A DNA stretch of 64,000 bases from Eledone cirrhosa (lineage: Eukaryota): NCBI GenBank assembly GCA_964016885.1, contig OZ024743.1, positions 48,608,001-48,672,000 on the forward strand, read 5' to 3'. Within the stretch, counting starts at the first letter, position 1. Each line of letters begins with the position of its first letter. Positions 24,760 through 35,771 of this stretch are shown here, one piece after another. The position numbers and the translations under genes are program-made. The notes beneath the pieces are model-generated. The model saw only the letters and a program-made list of their open reading frames with translations, was not told the origin of the DNA and ran no database searches.

Positions 24760-25980
24760 GCTATTTGCATCCTTTGCTCAGTGCACTACTGATTCACTCA
24801 ACCGACTGAGTAAGAAACCTCCTCTGGCCCCTCCAGATGACCACTTACATTGGCCCAATCCACCAGGTTATTTACAACCCGCCTTCACCAAAGATAACGT
24901 GGATTCTGGTGCAGGGATTGATGGTCTACGACCTCAGCACCTCAAGGATGGTGTCTCCTTGAGTTCTTGGAGAACCTCACCCAGTTCATAAACCTGTTCT
25001 CGACCAAGAGTGTCCTCCCTTATACTCACCCCCTGTTCTTTGGGGCTAAACTGTTTGGCCTCACAAGGCCCAAGCTGGGCTGTGAGACTGCTGCTCACGC
25101 CACCGGAGCATTTATCAACTTGCCTTTTGAAACCAAGGTTATCTTCAAGCTAGATCTCAAGAATGCTTTCAATTCCATCAATTGGGATGTCATTCCTGAG
25201 ATCTAGCTTGAAGGTAACCTTGATGAATGCTTTACCACATTGCTTGGCAAGCTTATCATGAGTCCTCTTACTTATCCTTTGGTGATCCACTTGGTCCTGC
25301 TCAGTTCACACTGGGCATTAATGATGTCACCAAGACAGGAGTTGATCTAGATTTGAATGTCTGGCATCTGGATGATGCTTGTTTGAGGGGTCTTCCAAAA
25401 AAGTCCTTGCAACCGCAAAGACGATGATAGAGGAACTGGGTCGTAAGGGCCTTCATGTCAACAGTTGCAAATGTGAGCTCTGGCTCATGAACCACCGAGC
25501 TTCACATCAGCTGACTTGACCTGTTTACTGATTCCTTCCCCTCTATTGTGGTTTCTTCCTTGGAGCCCCAATTATTGACCAACCTATCGAGTCAATTTTT
25601 CGATCTAAGTTGGTTAACCTCGAGTAACTTTTAATAAATCTCAAAGTCAGTGAGTCTCACCAAGGTTTTTATACTTAGGAATTACTTGTCAATTCCTAAG
25701 TTGCTGTATTTCATCAGAGTTAGTCCCTCTCACAGATTTTCGTTGTCTGGTCAATGTCAGACTCTCTCCAGAGTCCCACGAACAGGCTACCTTTCCCAAA
25801 CAGTTTAAAGGTCTCAGTTTATGTAAATGCTTGTCTTTGTCTCTACCTTGCTCCCCTTTAGTGGGTGACATCCTCTCCTTTCCAACATGGACTAGTTCTA
25901 CCAGGGAGATGGATGAAGCTTTACTACAGTGGAAAGAATTGGGCTTGTCTGTTGTATGGCTGCAGCCTAACAGCTGAAAC
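24760..25980 (+). mobile_element. Second CRE-like retrotransposon remnant
   Basis: SGAGIDGLRPQHLKD, PLFFGAKLFGL, GCETAAHA, KLDLKNAFNSI, GDPLGPA and VWHLDD. Confidence 0.75.
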
Positions 25981-26509
25981 AAGTAATTTCCAATAAAGAT
26001 AATTATAAAAAGAAAGTGTGTCCATGTTCAAATAAAAAATTAAAAAAGGAATTCATAGTTTTTGTTCATTTAGCAACCCATGTGAGTGGAAAAACAGACA
26101 AAAATGATGATGATTTTGCTGAGAACATATTTATTGCTTTACTATGCCCATCACCAACAATTAAAAGTTTCATTACTATAAACCCTTTTGATACTAAAAT
26201 GACCCTGGCTTTACAATACAAAACTTTATTTTAAAGAGTTTAGCATTATCATCGTCTATCATAATTCTATGCAAAAGCCTTAAATTATTTCCCCGAAACC
26301 AGTTTACTGATGAGAAAGTTAGTTATATTACCAAATGTTTCAAAGCGATTTGAAAAAAATCATAGACAGTCTTTCATGAGAACTATGGTAACAAAATGGT
26401 TAATGTATTGAAATGTGGAAAAGGAAAGTCTATTGGAGCCATTTCTTTCCAGCTATTTATTACAGCTGGAAATTAGACTCCACATAACAGTAGCTTATCA
26501 TTATCAAAA

Positions 26510-26654
26510 ACACAACTACCTTAGAAACATGAAACAAACCACCCATACCAGGACATACCCATACTAAGATGACTGTACCCTAGGAAAGACAATAACACAA
26601 CTACCTTAGAAACACGAAACAAACCACTCATACCAGGACATACCCATACTAAGC
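26510..26654. repeat. Direct duplication (~59-bp matches, 86-bp period)
   Basis: ACACAACTACCTTAGAAACA.GAAACAAACCAC.CATACCAGGACATACCCATACTAAG occurs twice. Confidence 0.85.
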
Positions 26655-26759
26655 ATTAGAACACCACTCACCTAGAACCCAAATGATAAATCATCATCTT
26701 AACCCTTTTGATATGTTTTCAAAATAATCAAAATTTAAAAGAAATTTATTAATATAACT

Positions 26760-27255
26760 AAGAATAAAGATAGGATGGAAAAAGTTTAGATAACTGCTCC
26801 CACTGCTTACAACAAAAGGAAGGCTGTATGACACCTGTGTAAGGTGTGCAAAACTGCATGGTAGTGAAACATTGGCTGTGACAGCAGAGGACATGCGTAG
26901 ACTGGAGAGAAATGAAGAACCATGTTTCATTGGATGTGCAATGTAAGTGTGAGAGAAAGGCAGAGCTTGGACGAGCTGAGAGAGAAGCTGGGCTTAAGAG
27001 GAATCTGAGGTGTGCAGGAGAGAAGACTGTGTTGGTATGGGCATGTGATGTACATGGACAATAACTGATTGATGAAGAAGTGCCAGGAAGTCGCAATAGA
27101 GGATGACCAAGAAAGAGGTTGTGAGAACGGACCTCAAATCACTAAAACTGGTAGAGGAGATGATGAAGAAGCAACAAGTGGACAGATGCTGAGAAGGACC
27201 TGTTCAACCCATGCAAGAATAGAAAAGCGTCCGTAAAAACAATGATGATGATGAT
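26760..27255 (+). mobile_element. Older RTE 3' fragment
   Basis: GWKKF, LHGSETLAVTAEDMRRLERNE and WYGHVM, plus a (GAT)n tail. Confidence 0.8.
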
Positions 27256-27329
27256 AAAACTTTGCTTTGTACTACAGGCAACCTGAACATAGAATCAGTA
27301 ACACTGTCTCCAATATGAACACCTCCTTA

Positions 27330-27888
27330 TTCATCATCACTGTTTTACATCCGTTCTTCCACGCTAGCATGGATTAGATGGGTTGTCTTGTTGTGGGCAG
27401 TGCCTGGTCGGCTGACCTTGTCTAGCTCATATGGGGACCCCAGTCCTATCATCTCATTTCTACAGCTGAGTAAACTGGAGCAATGTGAAATAAAGCATCT
27501 TTGCTCAAGGAAACAACACATCACCAATTGAACTCACAACCTTTCGATTGCCATGTATGTATATATATTATATATATATATATTATATATATATATATAT
27601 ATATAATATATATATATATCATCATCATTTCATTTTACGTCCGCTTTTTCCCTGGCTTGATTTCTACAGCTGGATGCCCTTCCTAACACCAACCTCATTT
27701 ATAGTGAGTGCTGGGTGCTTTTTTGCCGTGGCACCTCCACGACCTCATTTCTACAGCTGAGTAAACTGGAGCAATGTGAAATAAAGTGTCTTGCTCAAGG
27801 AAACAACACATCACCCAGTCTGAGAATTGAACTCACAACCTTTCAATTGCAAGGCCAATGCTCTAACCACTAAGCCCCATGTGCCTCC
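27330..27888 (-). mobile_element. Rearranged copies of the CORE-like tRNA SINE with RTE-B tail, interrupted by (TA)n
   Basis: Matches the reverse complement of 37877-38200 with deletions. Confidence 0.75.
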
Positions 27889-27919
<31 letters not shown>

Positions 27920-27936
27920 ATATATATATAATATAT

Positions 27937-28701
27937 ATCATCATCATCATCATCGTTTAACGTCCATGTTCCACGCTTGCATGGGTTTGGACGGGAGTTT
28001 TCCCACTTGAGGCAAGAGTGGTTGTCATTGCTCACATAGGACTGTCTGGCGGGTTTTCTACAGCTGGATGCCCTTCCTAACACCAACCACATTTACAGTG
28101 TGGGACTGGGAGGTTTTTACCGTGTTGCCTACACGGCCACATTACAGCGTGGACTGTGTGTTTTTTGTCGTGACACCTACACGATCTCATTTGTTTCGGC
28201 CTGGATGTTGTGGCACCAACATAACTTTATATTGAAAGGGGCGGTGTGGATGGGCTGGGGATGGTGGGACGGGGGAGTATTTTGTTAGAGATGCCTACTG
28301 ACTGTAGTAGGTTTTACTTTGTATTTAGGTAAGGCGGGTCTTCTCTATTACTGAGTACCGCCAAAGATCTCGGTCCAGTGACATTGTCTTGGAGAGATGT
28401 AAGTGTGTGAGGTCGGAATTTATCAGGTCGTCCCAGGTTTTTCTGGGTCTGCCTACTCCGTGGCTACCGTCTATCTTTATTGCCCTGCACTTTTTTATAC
28501 AGCTGTCGTCTTTCATGCGCATCACGTGACCATACCAACGTAGCCATCTCTCGAGTAAACAACATCTGATCCCTCTTATTTCTAATTTTTCCCTTAGTTC
28601 ATTTATGCTTTGCCGTTCACGTATATTACTATTACACATCCAGCGGAGCATGCAAGCTTCGTTCCTCTCTAGTCTGCGTATATCCTCTGCACACAATGCC
28701 C

Positions 28702-28703
<2 letters not shown>
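27937..28703 (-). mobile_element. RTE family A 5'-truncated copy flanked by (TA)n
   Basis: ORF 28325-28696 is nearly identical to the C-terminus of A1. The 3' UTR and (GAT)n tail are complete. Confidence 0.93.
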
Positions 28704-28748
<45 letters not shown>

Positions 28749-28749
28749 A

Positions 28750-28790
<41 letters not shown>

Positions 28791-28888
28791 TATATATATA
28801 TATATATATATTATATATATTATATATATTATATATATATATATATATTATATATATATATATATTATATATATATATATTATATATA
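28704..28888. repeat. Long imperfect (TA)n microsatellite
   Basis: Seen directly in the sequence. Confidence 0.95.
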
Positions 28889-29964
28889 TTTTGCAATGTG
28901 AGGACCAGAAACAGGTGTTCAAGATTGCGAGGCAGTGTGTCAGAGAGAATTGTCATTGGAGAGAAGTGTATCCGGAATGATAAAGGTGAGCTTGCCCTCA
29001 CAAGTGCTGAGAAGAAAGATGCATGGAAGAGTCATTATGATAGATTACTAAATGAGGAGAATGCATGAGAAGAAGAGACCCTACCCCAAGTAGACCCTAT
29101 AGAGGGGCCAGCAGTACAAGTCAGCAGCAATGTAGTAAGTAAGGCAATCAAAGATATGAAGATGGGGAAGGCAACCGGTCCATCGGGTATAGCTGCCGAG
29201 ATGCTGAAGGCATCTGGGTCTGTAGGTCACACTATAACCACACATATTGTTAACCAGGTAATACTAGAAGGTGTCATACCAAAAGATTGGTGCAGTAGCA
29301 TCATTGTCAACTGCTACAAAGGTAAAGGTGATGCACTAGATAGAGGAAACTATAGAGGTATAAAGCTGATGGACCAGGTCATGAAAGTAACAGAAAGAGT
29401 TATAGCACAGTTGATTAGGGACCGGGTGAAACTAGACGAGATGCAATTTGGGTTTGTACCAGGAAGAGGCACCACTGATGCCCTCTTCCTTGTGAGGCAG
29501 TTACAGGAAAAGTACCTAGCTAAAAGTAAGCCACTCTACCTGGCATTTGTCGACCTTGAGAAAGCCTTTGACAGAGTTCCACGTGCTGTAATCTGGTGGG
29601 CTCTTAGAAAACTAGGAGTAGATGAATGGCTTGTGAAAGCGGTACAAGCCATGTATAGGGGAGCAGTCAGTAAAGTTAGGATTAGCAATGAGTATAGCGA
29701 GGAATTTAGCGTACAGGTTGGGGTCCACCAGGGCTCTGTTCTTAGCCCCCTCCTGTTCATCATAGTCCTGCAGGCAATAATGGAGGAGTTTAAGACCGGA
29801 TGCCCATGGGAACTCCTGGATGCTGAAGACCTCGCACTTATAGCTGAATCTATGGTAGAACTAGAGAAGAAATTCCAAACTTGGAAGCAGGGACTAGAAA
29901 GAAAGGGTCTCAAAGTCAACATGACAAAGACTAAGGTCCTTGTAAGTAGACGAGAAAACAGAAC
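28889..29964 (+). mobile_element. RTE family B, RT-containing segment (5' partner of 12345-13469)
   Basis: ORF 29156-29986 carries RT motifs. It ends at TAGACGAGAAAACAGAAC, the same 18-mer at which the 12345-13469 fragment begins. Confidence 0.92.
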
Positions 29965-32879
29965 GTCTTTCATGCGCATCACGTGACCATACCCACGTAG
30001 CCATCTCTCGAGTAAACAACATCTGATCCCTCTTATTTCTAATTTTTCCCTTAGTTCGTTCATGCTTTGCCGTTCACGTATATTACTATTACACATCCAG
30101 TGGAGCATGCAAGCTTCGTTCCTCTCTAGTCTGCGCATATTCTCTGCACACAATGCCCAGGTCTCACTGCCATGCAACATTGCTGTTCGTATGCAGGCAT
30201 CATACAACCTGCCTTTCATTTTTAGGGAGAACCCTTTAGCGGCTAATAGTGGTATAAGCTCTCTGAACTTTTTCCATCCAGTTCTGACTCTAGCTACTGT
30301 ACTTTCAGAGCACCCTCTCCCGCTGCTGATTTTTGTCACCCAGGTAACGGAAGCTGTCCACTATTTCTATAGAACCCTCTGCGCAATTGAAAGAGCTAGT
30401 ATTTTGTGGGCACTTGCTGCTACTTATTGCACCAGAGCACCGGCCACATGTAAAATCTATGTTCTTAGTTAGCTTACCTGTGATCCCACTACATCTTTTA
30501 TGCACCCATACTTTGCATTTGGGACATAAAATGGAGTTTCTACCTACGCCTTTCCTACACACTGAGCATGGCCACATCCCGGAAGGGACCGGCGCCTTAT
30601 TTTCTTTCTTACAAACTAGAACTTTAGTCTTAGCCAGGTTAATTTTAAGGCCTTTTGATTCTAGGCCGTGCTTCCATGTTTGGAATTTCTTCTCTAGCTC
30701 GGCCATTGATTCAGCTATGAGCGTTAGATCATCTGCGTATAGGACATGGGCAGCCGGTCTTGAACTCCTCTGTTATAGCCTGAAGGGCAATAATAAATAG
30801 TAGGGGGCTAAGAACAGAGCCCTGATGGACGCCAACTTTTACGCTAAACTCTTCACTATATTCGTTGTTAATTCTAACCTTGCTGACTGTTTCTTTATAC
30901 ATGGCTTGTATAGCTCTCACAAGCCATTCGTCAACACCTAGTTTTCTAAGAGCCCACCAGATAATGGAACGGGGGACTCTGTCGAAGGCTTTCTCCAGGT
31001 CGACAAAAGCTAAGTATAGGGGTTTACTTTTAGCTAGGTACTTCTCCTGTAGTTGTCGTACAATGAAAAGAGCGTCTGTGGTACTTTTGCTTGACACAAA
31101 CCCGAACTGCATTTCATCTAGATCAATTCGCTCTCTGATTAGTTGCGCTATTACTTTTTCCGTGACCTTCATGACCTGGTCGATTAATTTAATGCCTCTA
31201 TAGTTACACCTATCTAGGGCATCTCCTTTACCCTTGTAACAGTTAATGATGATGCTGCTATGCCAGTCCTTCGGAACAACCCCATTCTGTATGACTTGGT
31301 TTACTATCCGGGTGACCATGGTGTGTCCCACCGTTCCAGAGGCTTTCAGCATCTCAGCAACTATTTCCGAAGGCCCAGCCGCCTTACCCGTCTTCATATC
31401 TTTGATTGCCTTACTTATTATACTACCTTCGACTAACACTGCTGGTCCCTCTATTGGGTCGATGTGGGGGAGACTGTCTTTCTCCCATTTGTTCTCCTCA
31501 TTTAGTAGCCTTTCGTAGTGACACTTCCAAGCTACCTTCTTATCAGCGTCAGTGATGGCAAGTACGCCATCATCGTTAAGTACACACTTCTCCCCAACAA
31601 TATCACGGTTTTCCTTGACACATTGCCTAGCAATCCTGAACACCTCACGTTTTTGGTCCTCGCGTTGTAGAACATGCTTGAACTTTCTTTCCTCTGCTTC
31701 CCTTCTTGCGAAGTACACTTGTCTCCTAGCTTCCCTCCTGGCCACTTGATAGTCTTCTCTAATCCCCATCCCAGCATACTTTCCAAGCCTGCTTTTTGGC
31801 CTTGATTGACCCCTCCACCTTACTGTTCCACCACCATGTTACTCTCCTCCTGCCTACAGGCCTGCTCCAGCCAGACTTCGTCTGCCGCCATCAGCAGGTT
31901 TGCTTTCAGGAATTCCCACTGTTCCTCTACCTTGTACGACTCTAATTGCTCTTCCTTACTGTCGAAAGCATCAAGTAATATGCTTTGAAATTTATTTCTG
32001 GCTGTGGGATCCTTTAGCTTCCATATTTTTCTCCTGAGGATAGTCCTCTTCTGCTGTCTAGTACGTCTCGTCCTGACTATGAGGTCGCTAATTATCAGTC
32101 TATGTTGGGAGGTGCATTCTTCATGGGGGAGGGATTTAGTGTTTACAACAGACACTCTGTCACGTCTTCTGGTAAGGATATAATCTACCTGGCTGGTATG
32201 TTCTCCTGATCTGTAGGTGATCAAGTGATTGTCTCGTTTTTTGAAGTTAGTGTTACAGATAGTTAGGTTGTTTGCATCACAGAATTCCAGGATTCTGGAG
32301 CCTTCCTCGTTTCTAGTACCAAACCCATAGCCTCCGTGGATTCCGTCATAGCCGTCACAATGTTGTCCAACGTGACCATTTAGGTCGCCAGCAATAATTA
32401 TATAGTCACTGTCGGTTATTTGGGAGGTAGTGAGCATCAGTGTCTCATAGAATCTGTCTTTTATAGCGCCAGGCAATCCGGATTGGGGCGCGTATGCAGA
32501 TATTACTGTCACAGTAGTTCTGTTTAGAACAAGTCTTATTTTAATTATTCTGTCATTCACTATTTACATCTATTATCTTATCCACCCATTTTTCTGCTAA
32601 CATGATTCCTACCCCACCTATCCCATTGTCATTCCCCACCCAGAAAAGCTTATAGCAACGTTTTTTACCCACAATGAATCTAGCAGACCTGCCCCTCCAC
32701 CTGGTCTCTTGGATACAGCAAACATCAACCTCCTTACGCTCAAGCACTTCTACAACCTCGTTAGAGTGACCTTTTAAGGTGCCTACGTTCATGGTACCAA
32801 CTCTGAAGTTTTGGATTGTGTTTGGAGGATGGGGCGCAGGGAGGGGTGAGGGGAATGAGTTTGGGGTTATGTTGGCCAT
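29965..32879 (-). mobile_element. RTE family A copy A2 (APE, RT, PHD), truncated at both ends
   Basis: ORFs 32553-32879, 31820-32560, 30729-31769, 30305-30706 and 29965-30339 are highly similar to A1. The 5' end is at the MANIT ATG, adjoining (TA)n. Confidence 0.95.
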
Positions 32880-32909
32880 ATATTATATATATATATATTA
32901 TATATATAA

Positions 32910-33575
32910 GACGATCGCTAATAAGCTTGAAACTAGTACAGCGTTCCTTTGTCAGTGTTGAACAAACAAGCAACGATGGTTGCTAAACACTACGGCTTAA
33001 TATGGGATATTTGTTTTCAAACACACCGAGCATTATAATAAATGTTCGGTGAATCCATTCGTACATATATATATGTGTGCATGTATGTATATATATATAT
33101 ACATACTACTGTACGTCTGTATACATATATGTATGTACGTGTACATACTTATATTTAAGTAACAGCCGTACTCAGAGTGGGAAATGAAATTTTGTTTCAT
33201 TTTTTCCGTTTATCGTTTTCGGTGCACCCGGCCGATTAACCCACTTGATATGCAAATTGGGCTACTCAGCCGTTAATATACATAAGGTAAGTATATATGT
33301 TCAACAATCTGGCAGGAAGGTATACGTTGCTGACGATAGCTAATAAGCTTGAAACTAGTACAGCGTTCCTTTGTCAGTGTTGAACAAACGATCAACGATG
33401 GTTGCTAGACACTACGGCTTAATACGGGATGTTTGTTTACAAACACACCGAGCATTATAATAAATGTTCGGTGAATCCATACGTACATATATATATAAAT
33501 ATGTGTGCATGTATGTATATATACATACTACTGTACGTCTGTATACATATATGTGTACATACTTATATATATATA
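32910..33575. repeat. Tandem duplication, ~420-bp period
   Basis: GACGAT.GCTAATAAGCTTGAAACTAGTACAGCGTTCC... starts at both 32910 and 33332. Confidence 0.85.
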
Positions 33576-34538
33576 ATGGATAAATTATATCTACTACAAT
33601 GATGGCAATCAAATCAGACACCAAGATTTACTCTTGTGAAAACAAAAAGCCTGTATGGGAGACAAATTAAAGAAACTACGTAAAACTTACTAAATATGTT
33701 GAATTTCTGCTGCTGCCACCAGTACCATGAGAACAACTAACAATTTCATAAGCACAGTGTCATGTGGTTTACTAGCTACCATATTGTACCAGCCAATTAC
33801 ACTTTCAGTATAGAGCTCTAACAGTGGGTAGACTAAATTAAAAACTAGCTTCCCTTATCCTAAATAATCTGGATAGGATCAAGTTACAGAGCTGTTCAAT
33901 CCTTGTGGGCACAGATTTTGATGGATCCTGAAATGATAGAGACATGACAACCTTTGCTGTGCACCCAGTAGAACATGAGACTAGATGTAAGCAAGATGCA
34001 AATCCCTGGCCTCTCTGGGAAATCAGTAGCCCTGTTTCAGTACTGGCTTGGTCTATGTAGACCTGTCTAAACCTTGCCAACAAGGAAAGCTGACTTTAAA
34101 ATGATGATGATACTCATCTTGCTTCGCAAATACCATGTTATTGTCAACCCATTTATACCAAACTGCCTGAAACAGGCCCTGGTTTATATTTATCTAAAAA
34201 ACAAAACATACAAGAATTTTTGAGTTACACTCTAAACAGCTTAATAATGAGAAAGTCAATTATCACTGAATTCCTCCAAATTCTCAATTATTTTCAAAAT
34301 TACTTGAAAATCATGAGCAAAGTCTTAGAAATAATAATGAAAGAATTTTAAAAAATCATATGTATCAGTGCAACAATGAAAGAAAATAAGAAGTGACTGC
34401 TTTGAAATGAATCCTATATCATGAAGGAGAGATATATATTTGTACTCAAAACTGATGTAAATGGTTCTCTTTGGTCCATCAGAAATATAGCAGTAACTGT
34501 TTAGAAAATATGTTCATATTTTCTAAACATTTATAGTA

Positions 34539-35344
34539 CTAGCAGAAAAACCACCCTTTGGGAGGTTTTCTGCTAGCATGTGTAGTGTGCTTATATGCAT
34601 GCAGATATGATATCATCATCATTTCATTTTTACGTCTGCTTTTTCCCTGCTTGCAAGGGTGGGATGGGAACTGATGCTGGTTTGATTTCTACAGCTGGAT
34701 GCCCTTCCTAACACCAACCTCATTTACAGTGAGTGCTGGGTGCTTTTTTTTGCCATGGCACCTCCACGACCACTTTGCAGTGGAATGATAGGGACCCCAG
34801 TCCCTATCATCTCATTTCTACAGCTGAGTAAACTGGAGCAATGTGAAATAAAGTGTCTTGCTCAAGGAAACAACATCAACCGGTCTGAGAATTGAACTCA
34901 CAACCTTTCGATTGTAAGGCCAATGCTCTAACCATTAAGCCATGTGCCTCCATAAAATACATGATACATAAAATATAATCGTAATTCACAATATACACAG
35001 AACGATGACTGCGTTACACTGTCTTATGTAATCAGTAACGTAATCCATGATACATAAAAAAAAGACAATATTATATATAAACTGCACTAGGAGAAAATTA
35101 GTGACGGAAATATATGAATGTTTATTTAAGCGATCGCTAACCGGAACTGTCGACATTTGAACATTTTGAAGAAGGGAATCTTTAAATAAACAATAAAATA
35201 TATTTAATCAAAATCTATGAAATTTAGTAGATAAATTATGTAATATTCATTCATTATTTATTCAAAGTAATCCAACTTATTTTACAAACGGAATAAAAAA
35301 TTATATTCTGGATGCTGTCCCACACTCCTTTATTATAGTTAAGA
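34539..35344 (-). mobile_element. Non-autonomous Helitron with a nested SINE (34612-34952, minus)
   Basis: Same termini and body as 6510-6988. The insert matches the reverse complement of 37877-38200. Confidence 0.8.
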
Positions 35345-35771
35345 TATATTTCTGATTAACCAATCAAAGAAACATTTATGAAGTGCAATTTTGCAACAAG
35401 TATAAATTTAAACATATGGTTTTTAAATAGGCAACAGGGTACCATTAATGGAGTCTGAATGAAAACTAACAATATTTTATGAAGAATTCACTTCAAAATT
35501 GTTTTTTTTTTCAAAAATAATTAAGATAAACTCTGGTATTAAAAGCACATTAAAATATATTTATATACAACACATTATTAAACCAAAATACAAAACTGCT
35601 ATACATGACTTTTCTATGTACATGCACGACAAAGAAGAATAATTTCAGTGCCAGTCAATGTATTCACACAAGACAAAGAGTATTTTAAATGCCAACCAAT
35701 GTTGCAGTGTTGTAATTGATGTTAAAACTGCATTAACAGATCTTTATATTGTTTCTCAAGCTGGAAAATCA

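Noticed and set aside
28605-29001. Ile/Tyr-rich ORFs here and at 55944-56214 and 57607-58341
   Set aside because: These are translations of (TA)n/(CA)n microsatellites.
29536-30339. 267-aa ORF as a novel gene
   Set aside because: It is a chance read-through from RTE-A sense sequence into antisense RTE-B across the 29964/29965 junction.
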